The notes beneath the pieces are model-generated. The model worked only from the letters and a program-made list of their open reading frames with translations, was not told where the DNA came from and did no database searches. DNA of 55,971 nucleotides from Hydrurus foetidus (lineage: Eukaryota), in assembly GCA_900617105.1 (NCBI GenBank), contig UYFQ01000143.1, positions 62,001 through 117,971 on the forward strand. The letters are read 5' to 3'. Every line of letters begins with the position of its first letter. Within the stretch, counting starts at the first letter, position 1. Shown in pieces: positions 1-12,411 of this stretch. The translations under genes and the position numbers were made by a program.

Positions 1-2
1 AT

Positions 3-1478
<1,476 letters not shown>

Positions 1479-1600
1479 TTGCTGCTCTACTCCGGGAGCG
1501 TGAAGAACTCCCGGAGGTTCAACCCTTCGGACCCGAAGAGATTGACTACAAGTCGAAGGATACCTTCGCTCCTTTCCAAGACAATCCAACAGAGGATAAA

Positions 1601-2566
1601 TTGTACCTCATCGATTTAATACACATCGATGGTACCCCTGACCAAATAGCAAAAATAAGAGCAATCTGTGTCAAACACATTAAGCTTTTCAACAACAAAC
1701 TCGGGCCGGAACCTGCACGTATTCCACCGTTTGGACTACCCGTACGGGATCCAGAATGGAAAGTATTCAGGAATCGTGTAGCACCCCGACCAACGTCAAT
1801 ACGGAAACAAATTGAAATCCGTAAACAAGTTGATACTATGCTAGAACAGGGTATAATAGTCAAATCAGAGGCATCATACTACTCACAAGTTACACTTGCG
1901 TCTAAGCCAGACGGTTCATACCGATTCTGTATTGACTACCGTCACCTCAACGATGCAACAGAGTCAGCAAGCTGGCCAATCCCTAATATTAGACAAATGT
2001 TAGCGAGATTAGGTTCACAAAAGGCAGACACATTCGGTGTAATCGACCTCACTGCAGGTTATCACCAAGCCCCACTGACTCTGAGTACACGCGTGTACAC
2101 CGCGTTCATCACCTTTATGGGTATTTACCACTTTACCCGACTACCTTTCGGACCAAAAAGAGCTCCCTCATATTTCCAAGAAATGATGGCCACAATAGTC
2201 CTTCTGGGACTAATATATCACATTTGTGAAGTATACCTCGACGATATCATCGTTTATGGTAATGGATTTGAGGAATTCTGCGAACGTTTAGAAATTCTGT
2301 TTCAACGTCTCGAAGAAAAAAACATATCACTAAAAGCTGCAAAGCTTAAACTAAATGTAAAATTAGTTGAATATGTTGGTAAACAAATATCTAAAGAAGG
2401 TATAACTATGAGCTCTAAAAAAATAAGAGGTGTGACTGACTTTCCTATGCCAAGAAAGACGACCGAACTAAGATCGTTTCTTGGTCTCACCAACTATTTT
2501 CGGGATCATGTACCAAATCACTCTAACGTGGTTGCACCACTGCATAAAATGATAGTCCGGAATTAG
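1601..2566 (+). pseudogene. First (truncated) copy of the Gypsy reverse transcriptase
   Basis: RFCIDYR, DLTAGYHQ, LPFG and YLDD motifs. Truncated at the duplication junction 2554-2555. Confidence 0.85.
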
Positions 2567-2736
2567 CTACTCCTACTCCCTCATCCAAGGCACCAGCCCA
2601 AACACGTGGTTTAGTTGCTGCTCTACTCCGGGAGCGTGAAGAACTCCCAGAGGTTCAACCCTTCGGACCCGAAGAGATTGACTACAAGTCGAAGGATACC
2701 TTCGCTCCTTTCCAAGACAATCCAACAGAGGACAAA

Positions 2737-5529
2737 ATGTACCTCATCGATTTAATACAAATCGATGGTACCCCTGAACAAAAAGCAAGAATTAAAGCAA
2801 TTTGTGTTAAACACATAAAGCTATTCAACAACAAACTCGGACCAGAGCCCGCGCGAATTCCTCCCTTTGGGCTACCCGTACGGGATCCAGAGTGGAAAGT
2901 TTTCAAAAACCGCGTGGCACCCAGACCAACGTCTATACGAAAACAGGTCGAAATCCGCAAACAAGTTGACAGTATGCTTGAACAGGGTATAATAGTCAAA
3001 TCAGAGGCATCATACTACTCGCAAGTAACACTTGCGGCAAAGCCAGACGGTTCATACCGATTCTGTATTGACTATCGTCACCTCAACGACGCAACGGAAT
3101 CAGCAAGCTGGCCAATCCCTAATATTAAACAAATGTTAGCAAGATTAGGTTCACAAAAAGCAGACACATTCGGTGTAATAGACCTCACAGCAGGATATCA
3201 CCAAGCACCGTTAACTCTAAGTACACGTGTGTATACCGCTTTCATAACATTTATGGGCATTTACCACTTTACCCGACTACCTTTCGGACCAAAAAGAGCC
3301 CCCTCATATTTCCAAGAAATGATGGCCTCAATAGTCCTTTTGGGACTAATATACCAAATCTGTGAAGTATACCTCGACGATATCATCGTTTATGGTAATG
3401 GATTTGAACAATTCTGCGAACGATTAGAAATTCTATTTCAACGTCTCGAAGAGAAGAACATTTCACTAAAAGCCGCAAAGCTTAAGCTAAATGTGCAAAT
3501 AGTTGAATATGTTGGTAAACAAATATCTAAAGAAGGTATAACTATGAGTTCCAAAAAGATAAGAGGTGTGACCGACTTTCCTATGCCAAGAAAGACGACC
3601 GAACTAAGATCGTTTCTCGGACTCACCAATTATTTTCGGGATCATGTACCAAATCACTCCAACGTGGTGGCACCACTGCATAAAATGATAGATCACGCCG
3701 CGAAAAAGCAGTCAATGCTAATCTGGACAGATGACGCCGCAAATTCTTTTCAAAAGATAAAAGATCTAATTGCAAAGAGTCCTTTATTATATTTTATACA
3801 CGATACAGCGCCCATAACCCTTATGACCGATGCGTCGGATTACGGTATAGGCGGCTATTTGTATCAAGAAGTCGACGGAGAAAAACAACTCGTCGCTCTT
3901 GTCAGCAAGTCTCTTACCAAGACTCAACTGAAATGGTCAGTAATACAAAAAGAAGCCTTCGCGCTATATTATTGCTGTACTTATCTCGACGCACTGCTGC
4001 GAGATCGTAAATTCACAATCCTAACAGACCACAAAAATCTTACGTTCCTAGAAAAGGATAAAAACGAGATGGTCGGCAGATGGCGTATGGCCCTGCAGGA
4101 ACTAGAATATACGATAGGGTACATCCCGGGAAAACAAAATGAAATTGCTGACGCAATGTCTCGCCTATGTAAAAACAGAATGCCTCCTAAAACAGGAATA
4201 ATAGCAGCTATTCTGACACACAAACCAATGACGACCGAGCAATATAACCTAATTGCAACGTGCCATAACACGATAGTCGGACATGGTGGTGTACAACGCA
4301 CACTGCGTAATTTAAAGAAAACAAATAACATATGGCTGGGAATGCGTGACGCAGTAAAAACATTCATTAAGAATTGTCCTTGTTGCCAAAAGATGTCGGC
4401 GATGAAATATCCAATCAACGCCTACAGATACACAACGTCGACTTATAAACCAATGGAATGTCTCAACATCGACTTCATTGGCCCATTCCCCGATAAAGGA
4501 TATATCCTTGTTATGATCGACACCTTCTCAAGGTTTGTCGAACTCTACGCAACACCTGATGCAACAGCTAAATCAGCGTGCACAGCACTCGTAGAACACG
4601 TGGGGCGATACGGCTCACCGTGTATACTTCGATCAGATAATGGACCCCACTTCGCAAGCCACATCATAGATGAGTTTGTGAAAATTGTTGGAACAACACA
4701 CAACAAAATATTACCATACTGTTCAGAAGAAAACGCTATTGTCGAACGTATCAACAAAGAAATCAATCGCCACATAACCGCGTACGCATACGAACGGGCG
4801 ACTACGGAAAACTACGCGGAAATATTACCGTTTGTACAAAGAATACTAAATTCAACCGTAAATGACCGGATGAAAGTGTCTCCAGCACAACTCATCTACG
4901 GCAACGCGATCGACCTCGACGCGAACATCCTCCTTCCGAGAGATGAAATTGATTTAGATTTCGAATCACTCACACGGTCAACTGATAAAATGTTAACGTT
5001 GCAAGATGAACTCATCGAAATCACCGCACGTCTACTAAAACAATCCGACGACTTGCACAATGCACAACAATCTCCCAACATCACACAGTTCGGAGTCGAC
5101 ACATTTGTGCTCGTGCAACAAAGAACAACACCAGAAACACGCATGCACACACTGTGGCGTGGCCCAATGCGAGTTATAAGTCATAACTTCGCAGAGTATA
5201 CATTACTCGATCTGGTAACACACAAAGAAAAGTTGTACCACATGACTCAACTAAAACCGTTTCACTTTGATCCTACACATGTCGACCCAACTGACATTGC
5301 TCGTAGAGATTATCTGAAATTCTTCATAGAAGATATCCTAGACATGAAAGGAAACATAAGAGCATACAAATCGCTCACATTTCATGTGAAATGGCTCAAC
5401 TATACTCATGAACACAACACATGGGAACCATGGACACACATGCGTAAATCGCAAAAAGTACATGAGTTCTTAATTAAAAAGAACCTCAAACACTTGATAC
5501 CACGCGAATTCATCGCGAACTACCGTTAA
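2737..5529 (+). CDS. Gypsy Pol: RT, RNase H, integrase and chromodomain
   Basis: YLDD; RNase H TDAS/KEA/TDH/ADAMSR; HHCC zinc motif (H..GH...CPCC); integrase D(NIDF)-D(SDNG)-E(VER); GPY/F-like WRGPM; chromodomain FFIEDIL...VKWLNY...NTWEP. Confidence 0.95.
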   Translation: MYLIDLIQIDGTPEQKARIKAICVKHIKLFNNKLGPEPARIPPFGLPVRDPEWKVFKNRVAPRPTSIRKQVEIRKQVDSMLEQGIIVKSEASYYSQVTLAAKPDGSYRFCIDYRHLNDATESASWPIPNIKQMLARLGSQKADTFGVIDLTAGYHQAPLTLSTRVYTAFITFMGIYHFTRLPFGPKRAPSYFQEMMASIVLLGLIYQICEVYLDDIIVYGNGFEQFCERLEILFQRLEEKNISLKAAKLKLNVQIVEYVGKQISKEGITMSSKKIRGVTDFPMPRKTTELRSFLGLTNYFRDHVPNHSNVVAPLHKMIDHAAKKQSMLIWTDDAANSFQKIKDLIAKSPLLYFIHDTAPITLMTDASDYGIGGYLYQEVDGEKQLVALVSKSLTKTQLKWSVIQKEAFALYYCCTYLDALLRDRKFTILTDHKNLTFLEKDKNEMVGRWRMALQELEYTIGYIPGKQNEIADAMSRLCKNRMPPKTGIIAAILTHKPMTTEQYNLIATCHNTIVGHGGVQRTLRNLKKTNNIWLGMRDAVKTFIKNCPCCQKMSAMKYPINAYRYTTSTYKPMECLNIDFIGPFPDKGYILVMIDTFSRFVELYATPDATAKSACTALVEHVGRYGSPCILRSDNGPHFASHIIDEFVKIVGTTHNKILPYCSEENAIVERINKEINRHITAYAYERATTENYAEILPFVQRILNSTVNDRMKVSPAQLIYGNAIDLDANILLPRDEIDLDFESLTRSTDKMLTLQDELIEITARLLKQSDDLHNAQQSPNITQFGVDTFVLVQQRTTPETRMHTLWRGPMRVISHNFAEYTLLDLVTHKEKLYHMTQLKPFHFDPTHVDPTDIARRDYLKFFIEDILDMKGNIRAYKSLTFHVKWLNYTHEHNTWEPWTHMRKSQKVHEFLIKKNLKHLIPREFIANYR

Positions 5530-5731
5530 CCGGTAAAATCAAATCGATTAACTAAATCATAAAGATTCCTCCTAAATTTGATCCTCAAGGATTTTCGGGA
5601 GGTTTATTCAGTAAGGAACTTTCAGTTCTTAGTCTAAAATAGTTATTCAATTAGTTAGTTAGTTATTCATAGTTAGTATTTTGATGATGAATTTTGTTAA
5701 TTAGTACACCCCTTGAAAGAGAGAGGGGCAC

Positions 5732-5880
5732 TGTGACCCGAACACCCGTACGGGCTGTACGGGTACAGGCGTACGTCCGGTTCGGATCGAGGACGATCCG
5801 ATCCACACGATTCATTGCCATGATATCTGCTGTGTTTACCTGTAAGCTAACCACTTTGCTATCATAGCTTTAGCCCCACA
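5732..5880 (+). repeat. Putative Gypsy 3' LTR (right boundary uncertain)
   Basis: Starts TGTG right after the PPT; candidate end CACA at 5880. The 5' LTR is not in the window for comparison. Confidence 0.4.
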
Positions 5881-6603
5881 GCATCTTCCCTTTGTCCACG
5901 CGCCCTCAGACCTCCGCTCCCGTTGCCCTGAGACCTAGCAAGGCCACAATGACAAGGAAAAGAAATCAGTGCCAGAAGCCAAGAAATCAGGAAATGAGTA
6001 AAAAATTAGAGACTAGCATACAATCGCGTAGCCATCTATGCAGGCAGAACCATGAATTTACAAAGATTGAAATTGCAACGAGTATCTGGAAAGTAGAGGA
6101 GAAAAAAGAGGGGCGTAAAAACTCAAGGATCCTTTTTTTTAGTTCATCAATTAAAGTCGATCAAGAATTATACACTATATTACTTGTGATTCATTTTCCT
6201 TCGTGCAACTTCGTAGGATTCGACCAATTCGACTAGAAGATTCTAATCGAAGTGGATGACTTACCGCCACAAGAAAGCCTAAGATACATGGGGCAGTCCG
6301 TTATACACATCATAATATTATGCAGTACCGACTGTACGTTCGAATTTTGTCGAGAGTGTAGATATTACCAGAGCAGAATAAAGTGTCCACTTTTCGGTGG
6401 GAAAAAACTCAAATGAAGTGATGATAATAAGCACCCCACACGGCCCCACACCATACTAAAAAATAAAAAAATAAAAATGGCGAACGTTCCCCGGTTTTTG
6501 TATTTTTTAGTATGGTGTGGGGCCGTGTGGGGTGATCGATTTATCATCACTCCATCTGAGTTTTTCAAAGAAAAGGGGACATTTTATTTTTTATTCTGCT
6601 CTG

Positions 6604-6944
6604 TGTTGGAGATATCGTAGTTTATGACACGGACACAATCAGTGTACTTATGCATTCGTACGGTCGTACGGATTAATTTGTGTGTGTGTGTGTGTGTGTG
6701 TGTGCGTACATGCGTGACGACGATGTGTGGACCCGTGCATCGTCTCTGTACTTCAAGCGTAGTGTAGAATGTCTTTTGTTGTTGCGTTGAAAGGGACTCG
6801 GGGACTTCAGCAGGGATGAAGCACAGTCAATTAACAAGTGTTTACTGCCATCCAAGAGCTTATTTCACGAGTCCTGACCGAGTGACCTTCAACCACAGTA
6901 CAGCGAGAGGCGTACGTGTGGGCCGAACCGAAGATCCGTCAACA
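6604..6944 (+). repeat. Copia A 5' LTR (341 bp)
   Basis: TGTTGG...TCAACA. Matches 11886-12223 except for 3 nt in the T/(GT)n tract. Confidence 0.97.
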
Positions 6945-6954
6945 TAATTGACTG
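6945..6954 (+). promoter_or_regulatory. Non-tRNA primer-binding site of Copia A, complementary to LTR 6824-6833
   Basis: TAATTGACTG directly follows the LTR; its reverse complement CAGTCAATTA lies in the LTR. No TGG start. Confidence 0.7.
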
Positions 6955-6968
6955 CCACAGGCATTCCG

Positions 6969-9900
6969 ATGCCTCCCAAACGCGCCGCAGAAGCTTTCAA
7001 AAGTACAGAGGAGTGTATGCTTCAATACGGCAAGCACAACAACATTATCAAATGGAGAGAACACATGCAAACGGTTGTAACCGAACTATACGGAATAGTT
7101 GGCATGTTCTTCACCACAAATGTGAGATACGAGCTCCCGAGAGTTTCTTACAGGGATTACCCTGCAGACTCGTCATCGGAAAGCTCCAGTTCCGAAGAAG
7201 ATGACGAGATAGTTGAAGGTCAACAGGAACAACCGCCTCACCCAGAGACCGTGGCGTACGCCGCCGCGAGGCCTGCTCGCATCGCCGCCAGACAGGCGAG
7301 GAACGAGAGGAGGCGTAAAGCGTCAGAACGCTCTAGAGCGAAATTTAAAGAAGATGATTACATACAGAGAAAGAGGGACATCAAAACGCAGAAAGAGAAC
7401 GAACGTACGATGTACCCGATGATGTGGAAGCGCATGTCGCTGCTATCACAAAGTAGGGTGAGGGAGGAGGAAGATTTCAAGACCGCATATGACACCCTGG
7501 ACTGTGTCATGTTGTGGACGCTCATAAGGAGGACTCACCTCACACACATGTACGGGGGCGATGAGACACTGCAGGAGTACAACCAACACGAACAGGAGAG
7601 TAAGTACGGCTCTATGAGGCAAGGTGAGAGAGAGCACATTGTCACCTTCAAGAACAGATTCGATGAACAGGTGACCGCGAACGCTGCTGTCGGAATCGCC
7701 GCGGTGACAGAGTCGAAGCGAGCATTGGATTTCCTAGGGAAGCTCGACACTCGAAGGTACAAGGTCATGCTAGACGACATGAAGCATGACGCCTTACGAC
7801 GCAAACCAGGGGCGTTCCCAACCACACTCGCCCTAGCTTTCCACATCGCCTCAGAGTGGAATGACAGAGTCCCTGTATCCACACCCACACCAACACCTGC
7901 GGGTGCGAACGCAGCGTACGTGACCGAGGGAGTCCACGTCACAGCGGCCAAGGACCCGGAAAAGAAAGCGGGGAAAGCCGGAGGTGGCAGCAAGAAATCC
8001 TTAGCAGACGTCGAGTGCTACAAATGCGAAACAATGGGACACTACGCGCGGAACTGCCCACAGAAGAAATCGTCGTCATCGGAAAAAGTCCACGTCACGG
8101 TGGAAGAGTCAGACGAAGAATACGAAGGAGAGTCGAGCGAGTGGGGTGTAGCTCTTGTCACTGGCGACGAAATATGCTGCTTCTCCAGATTCGACGTGCT
8201 GTTAGACAACGAGGCCTCGCTCAACATATTCAATAACGCTGAGCTACTAACTGACCTGAGGAAGTCGCAGTCGACAATTCGAGTGAGCGGTATCCAGCAA
8301 GGAGGAGGAGTGAGCGTGGATCGGGAAGGGGAGTTCGGAGAGTTTGGCACGGTGTACTACAGTAGTTCGGCATCGGCGAACATCCTGTCTTTCGCGTCGC
8401 AGGTCGACTCCGGTGCGTCAATCAGATATGACCACCTGAGCGACTGCTTCACTCTGAGGCCGAAGAGCAGCACGAGGATCTATCGGTTCGGGAGAAAGCG
8501 AGTCGTAGGAAGCGAGGGGAGGTTCTACTCGTGCGATTGGAGGGATGTCGAGCACGACAAAGCGTTAGTAACTACGGTAGTTGAGAATCTGAAAGCATTT
8601 ACGAAACGAGAAATCGAGCAGGCGAGACGAGCTCGTGAGCTGCTCGCTAGGATGGGCTTCCCTACAGTGGAACAGGCGATGTCGATCGTGAACAGCGGAA
8701 GTAATTTCGACATTACTGCGAGAGATTTCCAGATCGCTGATGCGATATGGGGCAAAGATATAGCCTCTATAAAAGGGAAAACAGTGAAGAGAGCTACTGC
8801 TATCGCTGATATTACAGTCAGCACGAAATTAATGCAAAGGGATCAGGTGCTGTCTATCGACATTATGTTTATAGACAAACTAGCGATACTAGTTGGGGTA
8901 TCTACACCACTGGGACTAACTATTGCATATAGCCTAAACACAGCAGATCTAACAAAGCCAGCGAGGACAGCAGCGCAAGTAAAGATCGGGATAAACCATT
9001 TTATCGCAGTCCTCGCTGCGCAAAACTTCAGGACCTCCATAATCATGAGCGACGGAGAGGGGGCTGTCAAGAGTCTCATTGACGAGCTGGGAAGGCTCGG
9101 TGTGGAGGTTGACGTGAGTGGAGCCGGCGGCCACGTCGCTAGGATTGAGAGAAAAATTCGCATTGTTAGAGAACGGGTACGATGTCACGTAGCGTACCAC
9201 CTTCCGTTCACACTATCGACGGTGGGTATCGCCATGCTCGTACTGTACTGTATATCCAGGCTGAACTACGAACCGGCCGGATTACGGGAATGGGGCCCGA
9301 GTCCGCGTGAAGCATACATTGGTAGGAAGCCTGATGGTAAGAGAGACTTTAGATGCTCGTTCGGAGATTATGTGCAATGTACCGTTCCTAACACTGATTC
9401 AGGATTCAAGAGCCGAACCGAGGACTGTGTGGTTATGCTCCCCCTTGGAAACCGCACGGGCTCAGTGAGAATGCTTTCGCTCAGCACAGGAAGACTCGTG
9501 AACAGGGACCAATTCAGAGTGCTACCGATGCCCGAGTCAGTTATAAAGAGACTAAATGAACTCGCACATGCAGATGGTAGAGTAAAAGGGAAGGGTGATC
9601 TGTACGCACGGCCCACGTTGTACGAGCAGTACGGGAACGCTGCTAAGGGACTGCCTGACACGATGGAACCCAACGTCAACAACGGTGTGGATCCGTCGAT
9701 AGAACCTCTAGATGATGACCGTGAGACTAGAAACGAAGAGGCAGACAACGGTGACCAGCATCACGACAGTGGAGGAGAATTGGGTGAACAACAGTACGAC
9801 AACGGCGAAGCACCGAGCGAAGTAGATCCGAGGGACGACAGTGAACCATACGAGGAAGCGGTACAGGGCGAACAACCAGATGAGCGCGACAATGATATGG

Positions 9901-11819
9901 ATGATCTGGTCGATAGTATGAGCCGGATGCGAGCCGGACCAAGGAACCAAGTTGAAGATCCCACGGGGGGATTAGATGAGAGGGGTATACCGGAGGACTA
10001 CACATCGACAGACGGGACACGAGACGAGTACAGCGATGCGAGAGGAGCAGTGAGCCGAGCGACGGAGCTGCTCGCTGCACCTGCACCGCACTACGGGATA
10101 AGTAGACATGAGGTGATGGACTTCTTTAGGAACGGTGGTGGAACCGCGCTTCTAACGCGCAACTACGACGGTGACGGTGCAGACTGGGGAGACTATGTAC
10201 TTAACATATCGGTAAACGAAGCGCTGAGGACCAGGGGTGATGCGGCGCTGAGTGTGATTGAAAAAGAGCTAAAGCAGATGGTCGATAAGAAGGTGTGGGC
10301 ACCTGTCTCTGTGAGCGACCTATCAACGGAGGAGAAGCACCGAATCATCAGGTCAAGCATGTTCCTGAAGGAGAAATTCCTCGCGAGCGGGGAGTTCGAG
10401 AAGCTTAAGGCGCGGCTGGTCGCCGGAGGGAACCAGCAGGATCGAGATCTATACGATGATCTGTCGGCACCAACAGTTGCGACGAGCTCAGTGTTCACAC
10501 TACTGAGCATAGCAGCGCACGAGAATAGGATGATCACAGTGATTGACATCAGCGGCGCATTCCTCAATGCGGACATGGATACGGGACTAGCGGTGCACAT
10601 GAGGTTAGATAGGAACATGTCGAACATTATGACTAAATTGGCTCCCCATTACTCGCGCTTCACAGATCATAAGGGGTGCATAGTGGTGAAGCTGGACAAG
10701 GCACTGTATGGGTGTGTGGAGTCGGCTGCACTATGGTACGAGAACTTGAGAGCGAGCCTGTCCGATTTGGGATACTCACCCAATGCACACGACATGTGTG
10801 TCTTCAACAAACACGATGAGTACGGGGTGCAATGCACTATTGCGGTGCACGTAGATGATCTGATGATCACTAGTGCGAACGGCGAAATGATCGAGTCAGT
10901 GTCGGCCGGTCTGATAAAAAGGTATGGAGACATTACGAGGAAAAATGGACCTATTGTGAATTACCTAGGCATGGTATTCGACCTTACCACTGCAGGCAGA
11001 GCGCGAGTGTCGATGACGGGATACGTGGAGGACATGCTGAGGGAAAGCGGCACAACAGGGGGTGCAAGGACCCCAGCAACGGAGGGACTGTTCGATGTGA
11101 GAGACGACAGCGACATGGCGAGTGAGGAGCAGCGCGTGCGGTTCCACAGATTGGTAGCGAAAATGCTCTACCTGGCGAAGCGTGCGAGGCCCGACTGTCT
11201 GACTGCGGTGGCGTACCTTGCAACACGGGTAACACGGTGCAGCGTGGATGACCTTGGGAAGCTTGAGCGTCTGTTGAAGTATGTGAACAACACGAAGGAT
11301 AGAGGTATAGCGTTCGAGGCAGGTGCGAAAGGAATCGTCGTGAGTGTTCTCATCGATGCGGCGTACGGAGTGCATCCGGACGGGAGGTCGCATACGGGGA
11401 GCTGCGTGGTGATCGGAACGAGGGGTGCGGTGCACAGCAAATCGGCGAAGCAACAGATCGTCACCAAGTCGAGTACGGAGGCGGAGCTCGTTGCATTATC
11501 TGACTCAACTAACCAAGCGCTTCACATGAGACACTTCATTATAGGACAAGGACACGCGTGTGGACCAGTGACAGTGTACCAAGACAACATGTCATGCATG
11601 TCACTAATCGAGAGAGGGCGGTCAGCGGCGGAGCGGACGCGCCATATCGCCATCAGATACTTCTGGCTCAAGGAGAGGGTGGATCAAGGAGAAGCGAGAG
11701 TGCGACACCTGGGGACCAAGGAGATGTACGCGAACCTTCTGACGAAGCCGCTACAAGGTGCACAGTTCAAGTGCGAGAGACAGGGGCTTACGGGATGGGA
11801 TGCAACCACAGTAGTTTAG
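6969..11819 (+). CDS. Copia A Gag-Pol polyprotein (gag, CCHC, protease, integrase, RT, RNase H)
   Basis: CYKCETMGHYARNC; protease LLDNEAS; integrase SIDIMF/MSDGE/IERK; RT KARLVAGG, KALYG, HVDD; RNase H DAAY, SSTEAE, QDN. Integrase lies before RT, the Copia order. First ATG at 6969. Confidence 0.97.
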   Translation: MPPKRAAEAFKSTEECMLQYGKHNNIIKWREHMQTVVTELYGIVGMFFTTNVRYELPRVSYRDYPADSSSESSSSEEDDEIVEGQQEQPPHPETVAYAAARPARIAARQARNERRRKASERSRAKFKEDDYIQRKRDIKTQKENERTMYPMMWKRMSLLSQSRVREEEDFKTAYDTLDCVMLWTLIRRTHLTHMYGGDETLQEYNQHEQESKYGSMRQGEREHIVTFKNRFDEQVTANAAVGIAAVTESKRALDFLGKLDTRRYKVMLDDMKHDALRRKPGAFPTTLALAFHIASEWNDRVPVSTPTPTPAGANAAYVTEGVHVTAAKDPEKKAGKAGGGSKKSLADVECYKCETMGHYARNCPQKKSSSSEKVHVTVEESDEEYEGESSEWGVALVTGDEICCFSRFDVLLDNEASLNIFNNAELLTDLRKSQSTIRVSGIQQGGGVSVDREGEFGEFGTVYYSSSASANILSFASQVDSGASIRYDHLSDCFTLRPKSSTRIYRFGRKRVVGSEGRFYSCDWRDVEHDKALVTTVVENLKAFTKREIEQARRARELLARMGFPTVEQAMSIVNSGSNFDITARDFQIADAIWGKDIASIKGKTVKRATAIADITVSTKLMQRDQVLSIDIMFIDKLAILVGVSTPLGLTIAYSLNTADLTKPARTAAQVKIGINHFIAVLAAQNFRTSIIMSDGEGAVKSLIDELGRLGVEVDVSGAGGHVARIERKIRIVRERVRCHVAYHLPFTLSTVGIAMLVLYCISRLNYEPAGLREWGPSPREAYIGRKPDGKRDFRCSFGDYVQCTVPNTDSGFKSRTEDCVVMLPLGNRTGSVRMLSLSTGRLVNRDQFRVLPMPESVIKRLNELAHADGRVKGKGDLYARPTLYEQYGNAAKGLPDTMEPNVNNGVDPSIEPLDDDRETRNEEADNGDQHHDSGGELGEQQYDNGEAPSEVDPRDDSEPYEEAVQGEQPDERDNDMDDLVDSMSRMRAGPRNQVEDPTGGLDERGIPEDYTSTDGTRDEYSDARGAVSRATELLAAPAPHYGISRHEVMDFFRNGGGTALLTRNYDGDGADWGDYVLNISVNEALRTRGDAALSVIEKELKQMVDKKVWAPVSVSDLSTEEKHRIIRSSMFLKEKFLASGEFEKLKARLVAGGNQQDRDLYDDLSAPTVATSSVFTLLSIAAHENRMITVIDISGAFLNADMDTGLAVHMRLDRNMSNIMTKLAPHYSRFTDHKGCIVVKLDKALYGCVESAALWYENLRASLSDLGYSPNAHDMCVFNKHDEYGVQCTIAVHVDDLMITSANGEMIESVSAGLIKRYGDITRKNGPIVNYLGMVFDLTTAGRARVSMTGYVEDMLRESGTTGGARTPATEGLFDVRDDSDMASEEQRVRFHRLVAKMLYLAKRARPDCLTAVAYLATRVTRCSVDDLGKLERLLKYVNNTKDRGIAFEAGAKGIVVSVLIDAAYGVHPDGRSHTGSCVVIGTRGAVHSKSAKQQIVTKSSTEAELVALSDSTNQALHMRHFIIGQGHACGPVTVYQDNMSCMSLIERGRSAAERTRHIAIRYFWLKERVDQGEARVRHLGTKEMYANLLTKPLQGAQFKCERQGLTGWDATTVV

Positions 11820-11885
11820 TTAAATTATTACGGCAACATATGCGTGATGTGTGAATAGAAATGATTGTGATGTGGCATAGGGGTG

Positions 11886-12223
11886 TGTTGGAGATATCGT
11901 AGTTTATGACACGGACACAATCAGTGTACTTATGCATTCGTACGGTCGTACGGATTAATTGTGTGTGTGTGTGTGTGTGTGTGCGTACATGCGTGACGAC
12001 GATGTGTGGACCCGTGCATCGTCTCTGTACTTCAAGCGTAGTGTAGAATGTCTTTTGTTGTTGCGTTGAAAGGGACTCGGGGACTTCAGCAGGGATGAAG
12101 CACAGTCAATTAACAAGTGTTTACTGCCATCCAAGAGCTTATTTCACGAGTCCTGACCGAGTGACCTTCAACCACAGTACAGCGAGAGGCGTACGTGTGG
12201 GCCGAACCGAAGATCCGTCAACA
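11886..12223 (+). repeat. Copia A 3' LTR (338 bp)
   Basis: Direct repeat of 6604-6944. Confidence 0.97.
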
Positions 12224-12411
12224 CTCTGGTAATACTGTAGTAGATACCATCGAAGTGAGCTCTGAGCTGTACCTTAGCAGTTCTCAGTTCTCACTGATGT
12301 CTGCTGAGTTTGCTATGCGTTAGATCATCCCCATCTGCGATCTGCGCAAGAAAGGTTCAGCGACTGCAAAGTTTTTTACGATAAACTTTGGGCAACCTTT
12401 GCAGTGGACAA

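Larger units (their letters stand above)
6604..12223 (+). mobile_element. Full-length Ty1/Copia LTR retrotransposon A (CoDi-like), recent insertion
   Basis: TG...CA LTRs; 5-bp TSD CTCTG (6599-6603, 12224-12228); purine-rich tract before 11886; single intact ORF. Confidence 0.97.
6363..12234. mobile_element. ~247-bp foldback/MITE-like element split by Copia A (parts 6363-6603 and 12229-12234)
   Basis: Left TATTACCAGAGCAGAATAAA matches the rejoined right TTTATTCTGCTCTGGTAATA. Perfect 34-bp internal inverted repeat at 6432-6465 and 6501-6534. Confidence 0.8.

Noticed and set aside
5892..6236. 114-aa ORF after the Gypsy element as an env-like or extra gene
   Set aside because: TTG start, no recognisable motif, and it lies downstream of the PPT/LTR start.
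7446..11467. Numerous antisense ORFs within Copia A
   Set aside because: They are shadow ORFs of the long sense ORF and have no independent motifs.
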